A DNA stretch of 64,000 nucleotides from Phormidesmis sp. (GTDB lineage Bacteria > Cyanobacteriota > Cyanobacteriia > Leptolyngbyales > Leptolyngbyaceae): the NCBI GenBank assembly GCA_965248535.1, contig CBDFJR010000002.1, positions 1,440,001 through 1,504,000 on the forward strand, written 5' to 3'. Both the position numbers and the translations under genes were made by a program. This document shows positions 9,389 through 19,800 of this stretch, one piece after another. The number at the start of each line of letters is the position of its first letter. Positions within the stretch are counted from its first letter, which is position 1. The notes beneath the pieces are model-generated. The model was not told where the DNA came from. It made no database searches and saw only the letters and a program-made list of their open reading frames with translations.

Positions 9389-10018
9389 ATGATTGACTAC
9401 ATTCAAGACGGAATCGAAATCTATCGTCAATCCTTTGCTACGATTCGCTCAGAGGCAAACTTGTCAAGCTTGCCGCCTGATTTAGAACGGGTTGCCGTGC
9501 GGCTGATTCATAGCTGCGGCATGACTGATATTGTGGCCGATTTATCCGCTTCACCCAGAGCCGCGACGGTCGGACGCAACGCCCTGATCGCGGGTGCCCC
9601 CATTCTATGTGATGTTCGCATGGTGGCAGAAGGCGTAACGCGCAAACGACTTCCGGCTAACAATGAGGTGATTTGCACGCTTCAGCATCCCGATACGCCT
9701 AGGCTGGCCGAACAGATGGACACCACCCGATCGGCAGCAGCCCTCGAACTGTGGCGCGATCATTTAGAAGGGGCGATCGTGGCGATCGGCAATGCGCCGA
9801 CGGCTCTATTTCGGCTGTTAGAACTGTTGGATGAAGGCGTGCCCAAACCTGCGCTAATTTTAGGATTTCCGGTGGGGTTTATTGGGGCGGCAGAGTCAAA
9901 AGCAGCGCTGGCCGCCAACAGTCGAGGGGTGCCATTTATCGCTTTGCAGGGGCGACGAGGCGGCAGTGCGATGGCATCGGCGGCGGTGAATGCGTTAGCA
10001 AAAGAGGATGAATTATGA
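9389..10018 (+). CDS. cobH: Precorrin-8X methylmutase
   Basis: IYRQSFATIRSEA, TTRSAAA, IGNAPTAL, PVGFIGAAESK and GRRGGSAMASAAVNA motifs. Confidence 0.95.
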   Translation: MIDYIQDGIEIYRQSFATIRSEANLSSLPPDLERVAVRLIHSCGMTDIVADLSASPRAATVGRNALIAGAPILCDVRMVAEGVTRKRLPANNEVICTLQHPDTPRLAEQMDTTRSAAALELWRDHLEGAIVAIGNAPTALFRLLELLDEGVPKPALILGFPVGFIGAAESKAALAANSRGVPFIALQGRRGGSAMASAAVNALAKEDEL

Positions 10019-10725
10019 CACAGAAAACGGGTCGGTTGTATGGGTTGGGCATCGGTCCGGGTGACCCAGAATTGTTGACGCTAAAAGCCTATCGAATCTT
10101 GCGATCGGTGCCCGTGATCGCCTATCCCACTATGGAGAATGGCAAGGTTTTGGCACGAGCGATCGTGGCCGATTTTTTGCGTCCAGAACAGATTGAAGTG
10201 CCGATGCCATTGCCGTTTAGCCCGGTGCGATCGTCCCAGCCCTACTATGACATCGCGGCTGAAAAGTTGTCCGAGCATCTCAGCGCTGGCAGAGATGTCG
10301 CCGTGCTGTGTGAGGGCGAACCCTTTTTGTATGGCTCGTTCATGTATCTGTTCAATCGCTTATCATCCAAGTTTGAAACGGAAGTAGTGCCAGGAATCTC
10401 TTCGACGATGGCCAGCGCATCTGCGTTAGGAGTGCCACTCACTTATCGCAACGATGTATTATCGATTATGCCTGCCACTCTCAATGCTGATATCTTGCGC
10501 GATCGCCTTGCCGTTGCAGATGCGGCCGTGATCATTAAACTGGGTAGACACTTCAGCAAGGTGCGAGACGTTTTATCTGAGTTGGGGCTGCTGTCTCGAT
10601 CGTTGTATATCGAGCGCGCCACCATGCCCAATCAGCGCATTGTCCCGATCGCGGAGATCGATGCGGCTGAAGTTCCCTACTGGGCGTTGATTATGATTCC
10701 GAGTCTTCAAACGTCGGTGACATAA
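10015..10725 (+). CDS. cobI: Precorrin-2 C20-methyltransferase
   Basis: GLGIGPGDPELLTLKA, LCEGEPFLYGSF and VVPGISS motifs. Confidence 0.93.
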   Translation: MTQKTGRLYGLGIGPGDPELLTLKAYRILRSVPVIAYPTMENGKVLARAIVADFLRPEQIEVPMPLPFSPVRSSQPYYDIAAEKLSEHLSAGRDVAVLCEGEPFLYGSFMYLFNRLSSKFETEVVPGISSTMASASALGVPLTYRNDVLSIMPATLNADILRDRLAVADAAVIIKLGRHFSKVRDVLSELGLLSRSLYIERATMPNQRIVPIAEIDAAEVPYWALIMIPSLQTSVT

Positions 10726-12422
10726 TGGCTGTTGCAGTGGTGGTGTTGGGTCAAGCTAGCATTCCGGTAGCCCGACAATTAATGACTGGTTTGCCCGATG
10801 CAACGCTCTATGGGTTGGCAGGGCGAACCCTAGACGTAGATATCTCCTTTAGCGATTTTGGGTCAACCCTGCGAGAATTATTTGCAGCCGGAACCCCGAT
10901 CGTCGGACTGTGTGCGGCCGGAATTTTGATTCGCACGATCGCCCCTCTGCTCTCTGACAAACGCTATGAGCCACCCGTTTTAGCCGTTGCTGAAGACGGC
11001 AGCGCAGTCGTGCCGCTGCTGGGTGGATTGCAGGGCGTGAATGATTTGGCGCGGCAGATTGCAGCCGTTTTGGGCGTTCAGCCTGCGATCACGACGACGG
11101 GCGATCTCCGATTTCGGACGACGCTGCTGAATCCGCCATCGGGCTATCGGTTAGCCAACCCAGACGATGCCAAAACCTTTATTGCTGACTTACTGGCAGG
11201 GTCAACCGTGCGGCTCGAAGGGGTTGCGCCTTGGCTGAGTCAAAGCAAGCTGCCGATCGTGCCTGACGCACCCCTCACCCTGCAAATCACTGACTCTAAA
11301 GGATCTCCAGCCCCCGATCGCTTGGTCTACCATCCGGCAACGTTGGCGATCGCGGTGAGCCATCTATCCGATAGTGAATTCGCGGTTGAATTCGTACAGC
11401 AAATTCTAGACGAGGCCGATCTAGCGATCGCATCCCTGGCAGGAATCTTTGCTTCCACCCACGACATGGGACATCCTGCCCTCGCCGCCCTCGCTCAAGT
11501 CTTGCAGGTGCCGATCCGATTTCTCGATTTGTCTGAGGCTGAAGACCTATCTCTAACGGCAGTTGGAGAATCAGGGCAACTGCTCGTGTCTCAACAAAAA
11601 TTAGGACTGAGTTGCGCGATCGCCCGATCAAGTCAGCCCCTTGATGTAACCACGATCGGCAAACCTCGCGGGCAACTGACGATCGTTGGCACTGGGCCCG
11701 GCGGCGATCTTTGGATGTCTCCCGAAGTTAAAGCCGTGCTGCGATCGGCGACCGATTGGGTCGGCTACAAATTCTATCTTGACCTAGCGGGTTCTCTCCG
11801 AGACGGACAGCAGCGCCACGACTCCGACAATCGCGAAGAACTCGATCGGGCCCGATTTGCTTTAGATCTCGCTGCCACTGGCAAATCAGTCGCGGTGGTT
11901 TCATCTGGCGATCCGGGCATTTTTGCGATGGCGGCGGCGGTGTTTGAAGTGCTAGAGCACGAGGCTAAACCCGACTGGCTGCGGTTAGACATCCAAGTCG
12001 CTCCAGGCATTTCGGCGATGCAGGCGGCGGCGGCTCGGATTGGCGCACCCTTGGGACATGACTTTTGCGCGCTCTCTTTGTCCGATATTCTCAAGCCTTG
12101 GTCAGCGATCGAGCAACGCATCGCCGCCGCCGCTCAAGCCGATTTGGTGATGGCCTTCTACAATCCGATTTCAAAACAGCGCATTTGGCAACTGAGAAAA
12201 GCGCGGGAGATTTTGTTGCAGTGGCGATCGCCCAACACCCCGATCGTTCTAGCACGAAACCTAGGCAGACCCGGAGAATCGGTGCGCGTCTGCACCCTAG
12301 AACAATTCTCGCCCGATGATGTAGATATGCGAACGATCGTGTTAGTGGGATCAAGTCAAACCCGCTCAATTCCTCGTCCCCACGGAGGGGTCTGGGTTTA
12401 CACGCCACGACGCTACCCATGA
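10725..12422 (+). CDS. cobJ: CbiG-CobJ fusion (precorrin-3B C17-methyltransferase)
   Basis: N-terminal CbiG-like AAGILIRTIAPLL.DKRYEPPV; C-terminal VGTGPG, VSSGDPGIFAMA, GHDFCALSLSD and YTPRRY. Confidence 0.92.
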   Translation: MAVAVVVLGQASIPVARQLMTGLPDATLYGLAGRTLDVDISFSDFGSTLRELFAAGTPIVGLCAAGILIRTIAPLLSDKRYEPPVLAVAEDGSAVVPLLGGLQGVNDLARQIAAVLGVQPAITTTGDLRFRTTLLNPPSGYRLANPDDAKTFIADLLAGSTVRLEGVAPWLSQSKLPIVPDAPLTLQITDSKGSPAPDRLVYHPATLAIAVSHLSDSEFAVEFVQQILDEADLAIASLAGIFASTHDMGHPALAALAQVLQVPIRFLDLSEAEDLSLTAVGESGQLLVSQQKLGLSCAIARSSQPLDVTTIGKPRGQLTIVGTGPGGDLWMSPEVKAVLRSATDWVGYKFYLDLAGSLRDGQQRHDSDNREELDRARFALDLAATGKSVAVVSSGDPGIFAMAAAVFEVLEHEAKPDWLRLDIQVAPGISAMQAAAARIGAPLGHDFCALSLSDILKPWSAIEQRIAAAAQADLVMAFYNPISKQRIWQLRKAREILLQWRSPNTPIVLARNLGRPGESVRVCTLEQFSPDDVDMRTIVLVGSSQTRSIPRPHGGVWVYTPRRYP

Positions 12423-12511
12423 CTCAAGTTTTTCTGGCGGTGCCATCCATCGACGCAAGAATTTCGCTAAGGTCATAGGAGATATTTGCAGCGATCGCTT
12501 GTCTCGACTCT

Positions 12512-13549
12512 ATGACTGATCCCTCTGCTTCTGACCCGACCTTGCCCACCTATGCTGACATCCAATCCGCCGCCCAGCGGCTGTCAGGCAACGCTCACCG
12601 CACGCCAGTTTTGACTTCCACCACGGTCAATCAACGCACTAAAAGCCAGGTTTTCTTTAAATGCGAAAACTTTCAGCGCACGGGTTCCTTTAAATTCCGG
12701 GGAGCCTTTAATGCGCTTTCGCACCTGTCTGCTGATCAGAAAAAACGCGGCGTGATCGCCTTTTCTTCGGGCAATCATGCTCAAGCATTAGCCCGATCGG
12801 GCCAGCTTCTCGATATCCCGGTCACGATCGTTATGCCCCAGGATGCCCCAGCCGTCAAGCAAGCAGCCACCCGCGAGTATGGGGCAGACCTAATTTTCTA
12901 CGATCGGGCCACCCAAATACGAGAAGCGATCGTTCAACAAATTGCCGAGGAGCGATCGCTGACCTTGATTCCGCCCTTTGACTATGGGCCCGTGATTGCC
13001 GGACAGGGCACCACCGCCAAAGAACTGATCGAAGAAGTGGGCCCGTTGGATCTGTTGCTGGTTTGCTGTGGGGGCGGCGGACTGCTGTCAGGCTGCGCGA
13101 TCGCCACTGATGCCCTAGCTCCAAACTGCCAAATTGTCGGCGTTGAGCCAAAGCGGGCCGATGACGCGACCCGATCGTTCTATAGCAGAACCCTGCAAGT
13201 GGTCGAAGATCCCCAAACGATCGCCGATGGTGCTCGAACGCGATCGCTGGGTCACCTTACCTTTCCGCTCATTTTGAATTATGTCGATGACATGGTAACG
13301 GTGTCTGATGCGGCGCTCTCACGGACGATGCTCTTTTTATGGGAGCGCCTCAAAATTGTAGTAGAACCCACCGGAGCGTTAGCGGCAGCAGCTTTACTAG
13401 AAGGAATCATCGCTTTACCCAATGCCCGAATTGGCGTGATCATCAGTGGCGGCAATGTAGATCTCAAAGAAGCCAGCAAGCTCTTTGCTAAAACCACCGC
13501 TAAACAGAAGACATCCCAGCGCCTGCCGCTTGCCCAAGAACTGAGCTAA
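12512..13549 (+). CDS. PLP-dependent serine/threonine dehydratase family (threo-3-hydroxyaspartate ammonia-lyase-like)
   Basis: KCENFQRTGSFKFRGA, FSSGNHAQA, GGGGLLSG and ISGGNVD motifs. Confidence 0.88.
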   Translation: MTDPSASDPTLPTYADIQSAAQRLSGNAHRTPVLTSTTVNQRTKSQVFFKCENFQRTGSFKFRGAFNALSHLSADQKKRGVIAFSSGNHAQALARSGQLLDIPVTIVMPQDAPAVKQAATREYGADLIFYDRATQIREAIVQQIAEERSLTLIPPFDYGPVIAGQGTTAKELIEEVGPLDLLLVCCGGGGLLSGCAIATDALAPNCQIVGVEPKRADDATRSFYSRTLQVVEDPQTIADGARTRSLGHLTFPLILNYVDDMVTVSDAALSRTMLFLWERLKIVVEPTGALAAAALLEGIIALPNARIGVIISGGNVDLKEASKLFAKTTAKQKTSQRLPLAQELS

Positions 13550-13594
13550 CGATCGAGATCAACTAACATCACCGACCCGATTGAGTCCACGATC

Positions 13595-14254
13595 CTAATC
13601 AGATTCAGCGATCGACGATAGAGGATCATCCACGATCGGCAAATTTGGGGTCATCGCTAACGGTTCATCGGGCATCAGAGGCGGCACAATTTGGTTAACG
13701 GGCAGACCCAACACTGAGAAAGCTGGCAGGATTTGCTCCACGGCAAACGGTTGAGTAGCTGCAAACGTTTGATCGCTGACCAGCAGCACCCGACCCACAC
13801 TCAGCGGAACTTGCAGAAACAGATTGCTAGCCAGAAATGCGATCGCCGCCATCACGAGACCCAACCCTCGCCCTGCAAACGGCGTGACATTAGCCGCGAT
13901 CGGAGCGATCCCATAAATCTGTTTTAACAGCACCAGCAGCACCAGCGCCCCCGTCCCGATCCACACCGGGCTGCGACGAGTTTTAAACAGAGTTAGAATG
14001 CGACGCTGATCATCGCTCAACCGCTCAGGTTTAAGCGCGATAAATACCAAACTAAAAATATAAAAAGGTTTCTGCCACTGCATCCACACAATGGGCGCAA
14101 TGCCAACGATCGCCACCAATCCTAACTCTAACCAGACGGGCAAAAGGGGGTCACCCACCGCCAGTCCTAGGAGGCAAACCGCCAAACAGAGCGGAACGGC
14201 TGCCACACCCGCCGCATGAATCCAAAGGTAGGGATCAGACCAGAAAGCACGCAT
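13595..14254 (-). CDS. Conserved cyanobacterial membrane protein (low-complexity-tail membrane protein type)
   Basis: MRAFWSDPYLWIHAAG start and four hydrophobic segments. Confidence 0.7.
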   Translation of the reverse strand: MRAFWSDPYLWIHAAGVAAVPLCLAVCLLGLAVGDPLLPVWLELGLVAIVGIAPIVWMQWQKPFYIFSLVFIALKPERLSDDQRRILTLFKTRRSPVWIGTGALVLLVLLKQIYGIAPIAANVTPFAGRGLGLVMAAIAFLASNLFLQVPLSVGRVLLVSDQTFAATQPFAVEQILPAFSVLGLPVNQIVPPLMPDEPLAMTPNLPIVDDPLSSIAESD

Positions 14255-14339
14255 AACTCACACCTACTTAAACCCATCACTCATTCTAGGAGGTGTGGGG
14301 CGTAGGGTGTGAGTTATTGAAAAAGGCCAATGGTTAAGA

Positions 14340-14594
14340 TTAGCTAATTGCCTGGTCTCGTTGTTGTTTAAGACTTTGTAACTGATGCAGCAAAGACTCA
14401 GTTTCAGCGTGAAGATTAAGAAACTTGGTCTGCTGCTCGGCCTGATAGAGAGCCTTCATCTTTTCTAGCGATCGGGCCCACTCTTGATCAGAGATGGCAG
14501 CAGGCTCTGGGCGCTGTTCGCAAATGGCGGTGTTGCTAAACTGACTAGTTGAATTTTTCGTTGTCATAGTTTGTAGAAATTTGTACTTACTCAC
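14340..14594 (-). CDS. Conserved hypothetical small protein
   Basis: C-terminal LYQAEQQTKFLNLHAETESLLHQLQSLKQQR resembles small cyanobacterial hypothetical proteins. Confidence 0.6.
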   Translation of the reverse strand: MSKYKFLQTMTTKNSTSQFSNTAICEQRPEPAAISDQEWARSLEKMKALYQAEQQTKFLNLHAETESLLHQLQSLKQQRDQAIS

Positions 14595-14785
14595 ACCGAA
14601 AATTTATATTAACCTAAACTTTACACGACATTGTATCGAAGTGTTCCATTTTAATGACTGGCGACCAGTTTTCTGAGTTCCTCCCTTGACCCAAGATCAG
14701 ACTGAACCCTGTAGAAGAAACCAGTCTCACCGACCCTCTGTAGTAGACTAAGATCTACACTTATTGCATTCAACGATTCAACCCT

Positions 14786-15898
14786 GTGACTTTAAGTCTG
14801 TCTGTTCAAGATGACTCCCTTCACGAGGCGATGCCCAAAGTTCAAAACTGGCGTGGCTTAATTGAGGGCTATCGGCGCTATTTGCCCGTAACCGACAAAA
14901 CGCCAGTGATTACACTGCATGAGGGCAACACGCCCCTGATTCCGGCCCCTGCGATCGCGGCTCAGATCGGGCGGCAGGTAAAGGTGTTTGTAAAATATGA
15001 CGGTCTCAACCCGACAGGCAGCTTTAAAGATCGCGGCATGACGATGGCCCTTTCTAAAGCCAAAGAAGCCGGGGCAGAAGCCGTAATTTGTGCCAGCACG
15101 GGCAACACTTCAGCAGCAGCAGCAGCCTATGCGCGTCGCGGGGGGATGCGGGCATTTGTGCTGATCCCCGATGGCTATGTCGCGTTGGGAAAACTGGCGC
15201 AAGCGTTGCTCTATGGTGCCGAAGTTTTAGCCATTCAGGGCAACTTCGATCGGGCTTTAGAAATCGTGCGCGAGATGTCACAAAATTATCCCGTCACCCT
15301 AGTCAACTCCCTCAACCCCTATCGCCTCGAAGGTCAAAAAACGGCGGCCTTTGAAGTCGTGGATGTCTTAGGCGACGCACCCGATTGGCTGTGCATTCCC
15401 GTCGGCAACGCGGGCAACATCAGCGCTTATTGGATGGGCTTTTGCCAATATCACCAAGAAGGGCGCTGCACCAAGCTGCCTAAGATGATGGGTTTTCAGG
15501 CGGCAGGCGCGGCCCCGATCGTCAAGGGTCATATCTTCAGCCACCCTGAAACGCTGGCCACAGCCATTCGCATTGGCAACCCTGCCAATTGGCAAAAAGC
15601 CCTGGCCGTCCAAGACTCCAGCAAGGGTGAGTTTAACGCGGTCACCGATGAAGAGATTCTCAACGCCTATCGTCTGTTGGCTTCTGGTGAAGGCATTTTT
15701 TGCGAACCTGCCAGCGCGGCCTCGGTCGCGGGGTTACTCAAGGTCAAAGATCAAGTGCCGACGGGAGCAACGGTGGTCTGTGTCCTGACTGGAAACGGAC
15801 TCAAAGATCCTGACACGGCCATTCAGCACAGTCAAAACCAATTTAAGCAAGGCATTGCGCCAGATCTACAGACCGTCGCCAAAGCGATGGGGTTCTAG
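14786..15898 (+). CDS. thrC: Threonine synthase
   Basis: [38 protein letters not shown] and LTGNGLKDP motifs. Confidence 0.96.
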   Translation: MTLSLSVQDDSLHEAMPKVQNWRGLIEGYRRYLPVTDKTPVITLHEGNTPLIPAPAIAAQIGRQVKVFVKYDGLNPTGSFKDRGMTMALSKAKEAGAEAVICASTGNTSAAAAAYARRGGMRAFVLIPDGYVALGKLAQALLYGAEVLAIQGNFDRALEIVREMSQNYPVTLVNSLNPYRLEGQKTAAFEVVDVLGDAPDWLCIPVGNAGNISAYWMGFCQYHQEGRCTKLPKMMGFQAAGAAPIVKGHIFSHPETLATAIRIGNPANWQKALAVQDSSKGEFNAVTDEEILNAYRLLASGEGIFCEPASAASVAGLLKVKDQVPTGATVVCVLTGNGLKDPDTAIQHSQNQFKQGIAPDLQTVAKAMGF

Positions 15899-15903
15899 AG
15901 ATT

Positions 15904-16350
15904 TTAGGACGCTGCTTTTTGGGCTTTGGTCAACATATCTACCGTGTCTCCTAGGGCAGTCGTCAGGTTTTTGCGAGTTTGAGTATGCTCGGCTTGCTCG
16001 GCTTTAAGGTCTTGAGCGAGTCGATCGTGCTCTGCCCAAAGTTCGAGGAGTTTGGCTTTGAGTTGCTCAACCGTCGTCAGCGAGTCGATCGAGCGTTCTA
16101 AAACGGGCTGAGAAGCGACCCTTGCTGAAGACTGGGGCAACGTTTGAAGCTGGGCGATTTCAGATTTGAGCGCCTCGATCGTTTGTCGGGTCAGCAGGGC
16201 TTCGGTGCGTCGTTGCTGCGCTTCGGTCTCATAGAGCTTTCGCCAACTGTCTGCACTGGCATTGGCAGCATCTTGCGCGGTTTGGGCGGCCTGCAACTTT
16301 TGCTTGAGATCTTGGATTTCATTGAGCCACTGCACCACTTGATCCGCCAT
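15904..16350 (-). CDS. Conserved coiled-coil hypothetical protein
   Basis: 148 aa with heptad pattern; ends RKNLTTALGDTVD. Confidence 0.7.
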   Translation of the reverse strand: MADQVVQWLNEIQDLKQKLQAAQTAQDAANASADSWRKLYETEAQQRRTEALLTRQTIEALKSEIAQLQTLPQSSARVASQPVLERSIDSLTTVEQLKAKLLELWAEHDRLAQDLKAEQAEHTQTRKNLTTALGDTVDMLTKAQKAAS

Positions 16351-16416
16351 TTTCTTCTCTCCTATAAAATTAAGTGCGGGTCGCTGCCCAAATTGTCTCT
16401 GATTGAGATGAATTCA

Positions 16417-17631
16417 TCACTGCGGAATGGATTGCACAAAGTCTAGCAACTGGTGCGCCATCTGCAATTTGCTGCCGATCGGACTCACGACTTGACGACC
16501 CGATCGATCCAGAAACACCGCCTGATTTGTATCGACTCCAAAGCCGCTATCTGGCTGATCGATGGGATTGGCCACGATCGCATCCAGATTCTTGCGCTGC
16601 AACTTCTCTAAAGCGGGCGTGATGATGTCGCCTGACTGAGCCGCAAACCCGATCAGTCGTTGATGAGGCTGCTTGAGCGTTGCTAACTCTGCGACAATAT
16701 CGGGCACTGGGGTGAGAGACAAGCGATCGGGCAATTCTTTTTTGGCTAATTTTTTAGAACTGTAAGCGGCAGGTTTGACATCAGCCACCGCCGCCGCCAT
16801 GACAATCCAATCTGCGTTTGGAAGACCCTCGCGCATGGCTTGCTGCATCTCTGCCGCGCTAATCGTTGGGATCAGGCGAACATTGCGAAGAGGAGCCAGC
16901 AAATACGGCGCGATCGGGGCATGAACTACTGTGACGATCGCCCCTCGATGCAGCGCTGCCTGAGCCAATGCCAGCCCCATTTTCCCCGTCGAAGGATTGC
17001 CAATAAACCGCACCGGGTCGAGAAATTCTTGGGTGCCGCCAGCGCTGATCAGAATTCGCTTCCCGGTTAAATCTCGATTGCCGTGAGTGTAGAGCAGCGA
17101 AGCGATTTGCGGCAAAAGTTCTTCGGGTTCTGCCATGCGCCCAGTGCCGACCCGATCGCACGCCAAAATACCCTCACCTGGATCGGCAACGTGATAACGC
17201 CGATCGGTCTGAATCTGTCGCCAATTTCGCTGTACGCTTTGCTGATTCCACATATCTGTGTTCATCGCGGGGGACAGCAGCACCGGACAGGTTGAAGCCA
17301 ACACGGTGTTAGTCAGCAGGTTATCTGCCATGCCGTGAGCCAGTTTAGCCAACGTATTGGCGGTGAGCGGCGCGATCACAAACACGTCTGCCCATTCACC
17401 GAGAGCGATGTGAAGTGGACGATCGTGGGTCGGTTGCCAAAAAGAATCGTCAGTGTGAGCCGCACGGCGGCTGAGGGTGGCAAACGTCAACGGAGTCACA
17501 AAAGCTTTGGCAGCATCGGTGAGAATCACCTGCACATCTGCCCCGGCTTTGGCTAGCGTCGAGACCACCGCACAGACTTTGTAGGCAGCGATGCCGCCAC
17601 CTACGCCAATTAAAATGCGCTTACCCTGCAT
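16417..17631 (-). CDS. coaBC: Phosphopantothenoylcysteine decarboxylase / phosphopantothenate-cysteine ligase
   Basis: [49 protein letters not shown] and GFAAQ motifs. Confidence 0.96.
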   Translation of the reverse strand: MQGKRILIGVGGGIAAYKVCAVVSTLAKAGADVQVILTDAAKAFVTPLTFATLSRRAAHTDDSFWQPTHDRPLHIALGEWADVFVIAPLTANTLAKLAHGMADNLLTNTVLASTCPVLLSPAMNTDMWNQQSVQRNWRQIQTDRRYHVADPGEGILACDRVGTGRMAEPEELLPQIASLLYTHGNRDLTGKRILISAGGTQEFLDPVRFIGNPSTGKMGLALAQAALHRGAIVTVVHAPIAPYLLAPLRNVRLIPTISAAEMQQAMREGLPNADWIVMAAAVADVKPAAYSSKKLAKKELPDRLSLTPVPDIVAELATLKQPHQRLIGFAAQSGDIITPALEKLQRKNLDAIVANPIDQPDSGFGVDTNQAVFLDRSGRQVVSPIGSKLQMAHQLLDFVQSIPQ

Positions 17632-17640
17632 GTCAAGACT

Positions 17641-17871
17641 CTAGGCTTCGTCAAACGATTCTAGATCTAAGAGATAGAGATAGGGTTCGACCAAGGCGGG
17701 GCGTTGGAAGGCAATCGCCCGCAGCAAATGCCAATCGTTTAGCCCGTCAAACACATTATCATAGTCATCTTGCTCTAGTCGGGTAGCCAGTTCTGCTACT
17801 TCAACTTCGGTCAATTTGGCGACCGTTACCTGTTCAATATTTAAAGTCGTCATCTTCTGTGCCTCCCTCAA
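17641..17871 (-). CDS. DUF2555-type small conserved cyanobacterial protein
   Basis: LATRLEQDDYDNVFDGLNDWHLLRAIAFQRP motif; adjacent to coaBC. Confidence 0.75.
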   Translation of the reverse strand: MREAQKMTTLNIEQVTVAKLTEVEVAELATRLEQDDYDNVFDGLNDWHLLRAIAFQRPALVEPYLYLLDLESFDEA

Positions 17872-17985
17872 GCTGTTCTTGCATGTTAGCCAACTTCAGA
17901 CACCCTAACCCATCTTCTCGCATGAAATGTTACTTCAAGGTTGGTGAGACTGCTGAACCGTAACGTTTCAAGTCGTTTCTTGGGG

Positions 17986-18624
17986 TTATCTCAAGACGGT
18001 TTGAATGAATAGTTGCATCTGATGGAGAATGAGCGGGGAAATTTCGTGTCCCATATCAAATTCTTCATAGGCGATCGTGGCCCCTAGCGTGGAGAGGCGA
18101 TCGCGAGCACTGCGAGCCGCTGACACGGGCACAACGGGATCTTGTCTGCCATGCACCATCAAAATCGGGGGATAGGAAACCTCTGGAGGCGAGACGGCTC
18201 CGTGCAGATAGCCACTCAGCACCATCAACCCCGCTAGGGGCAAGTGCAGCCCCACATCTAGGGTCATGGCACCCCCTTGAGAAAAGCCGCCCAACAGGGT
18301 CTGAGAAAGCGGCACTCCAGTATTAGCCGCGAGGGAGTTGAGCCAGTCTGTGAGCAGATTTCGGCTGGTGACTAAATCAGTTTGAGTGCTGATATCTGTG
18401 CCAAAGCTCATATTATTTGACAGGTTGTACCACATCTTGCCGCCACTGCCGTAGGGGTGAGCAAAGGGGGCATCGGGCACCATGAATTGCACATCGGGCA
18501 GTTCTAACATTGAGCAAAGAAATGCCACATCTTGAGCATTTGCGCCCCAGCCGTGCAGCACTACGATTAAGCCAGTGGGAGGGTTGCCAGATTTTGGAGG
18601 AATCGCGATCGTGTTTAGGGACAC
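17986..18624 (-). CDS. Phospholipase/carboxylesterase (alpha/beta hydrolase)
   Basis: LHGWGAN, GFSQGG nucleophile motif, HGRQDPVV and MGHEI. Confidence 0.9.
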   Translation of the reverse strand: MSLNTIAIPPKSGNPPTGLIVVLHGWGANAQDVAFLCSMLELPDVQFMVPDAPFAHPYGSGGKMWYNLSNNMSFGTDISTQTDLVTSRNLLTDWLNSLAANTGVPLSQTLLGGFSQGGAMTLDVGLHLPLAGLMVLSGYLHGAVSPPEVSYPPILMVHGRQDPVVPVSAARSARDRLSTLGATIAYEEFDMGHEISPLILHQMQLFIQTVLR

Positions 18625-18724
18625 AGGTTTTATCTCGCCATCAACCCTACTAATTTACGATAATCGGGGCATTGCTTATCCATTGCAGGTTGAGCAACGT
18701 ATCATTTAAGTCGTTTCTCTGAGT

Positions 18725-19561
18725 GTGGTTATGGACTGGCTCCCATTCGTTGATCTGGCTGGCTTGGGTGATTGGCTGGCTCAAACGCCTACTGCGGGCA
18801 CTCAGGTAGATTTGTTGCGACAGCAGCTTGATTTTCTGACTAAAGAAAATGCTCGGCAGACCGGAGAGTTTGCCGAAAAGCTGAGGCTGATCACCGATGA
18901 GAACAAAAGTTTAAGCGAAAGTTTTAAGAATTTTATTGGCACGATGCAGTTTGCGATCGGAGGATTTGGCTTGCTGAGTGCGGGCATCACAGGCGCGATC
19001 GCTTATGTCTTCAAGACCAATTTGGATGATGCCAAACAAGTGGCCAAAGACGGGATCAATCAGCGAGTCGATGCCCACATCAGCGATCTGCTGGACTCGA
19101 AGCTAGACACGGTGAGGCGGACGCTGCAAAAAGAAGAGGTGATCGGCTCAACCTGGGTGGACTATTGCCTGATGGGAGCAAAGGCGATGCCCAAAGAGTT
19201 TGACTTGCTGAAGAGGCGCGGATTTCAGGAGGTGCGCGATCGCCGCGATGAACAGGAGCTTCGGCGATCGTCGGCGCAAGTGGTGGTTTTAGATCTAGAG
19301 AATTGGGTGAATTTGCAGGGGGTGCCGTTTTCTAAATTGCCGGAGAGCGATCGGGAGGCTATAGCCAAACAGCAGATAGATTTGCTGCTTGATGTGTTGG
19401 CGAGCGATGTGGTGCTGGTGGTGTATGTGCGATCGAGAGTGAGTTATCTCAACTCGGTGACCCACGATCGCTACATGTCGCCTGTGAATAACCCGGTGAC
19501 GTTGGTGGGCATGGTGAGCGATGCGGCGTATGTATCGGCAGGAATGAAGGGACGGGGCTGA
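18725..19561 (+). CDS. Membrane protein: coiled coil, TM helix, coiled coil, degenerate receiver-like domain; candidate type III CRISPR effector
   Basis: Hydrophobic segment FAIGGFGLLSAGITGAIAYVF; C-terminal alternating beta/alpha pattern (WVDY, VVVLDLE, VVLVVYV, YMSPVNNP); adjacent to CRISPR array 1. Confidence 0.7.
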   Translation: MVMDWLPFVDLAGLGDWLAQTPTAGTQVDLLRQQLDFLTKENARQTGEFAEKLRLITDENKSLSESFKNFIGTMQFAIGGFGLLSAGITGAIAYVFKTNLDDAKQVAKDGINQRVDAHISDLLDSKLDTVRRTLQKEEVIGSTWVDYCLMGAKAMPKEFDLLKRRGFQEVRDRRDEQELRRSSAQVVVLDLENWVNLQGVPFSKLPESDREAIAKQQIDLLLDVLASDVVLVVYVRSRVSYLNSVTHDRYMSPVNNPVTLVGMVSDAAYVSAGMKGRG

Positions 19562-19753
19562 GATTCGACAACGCCACCGCGACGATCGTCGATTTCGCGA
19601 TCGAGTTCTTCATCGTTGACTGAGCAGGATTGCTTTTATTCTACGATTTGTGGATGTGGTTTTCTCGAAAGATGACGATCGTGAGTTGCGTCAACCGAGT
19701 TCCGATCGCTGGCTCTCTCTAAGCTGCTGGTTTGAGGCGATCGCCGCTGCAAA

Positions 19754-19786
19754 AGACCTCCGATTTCTTGAAGAAATCGGAGGTCT
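19754..19786. repeat. Perfect 16-bp inverted repeat (small dispersed palindrome or possible terminator)
   Basis: AGACCTCCGATTTCTT-G-AAGAAATCGGAGGTCT. Confidence 0.8.
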
Positions 19787-19800
19787 AGTCCCCACGCCAA

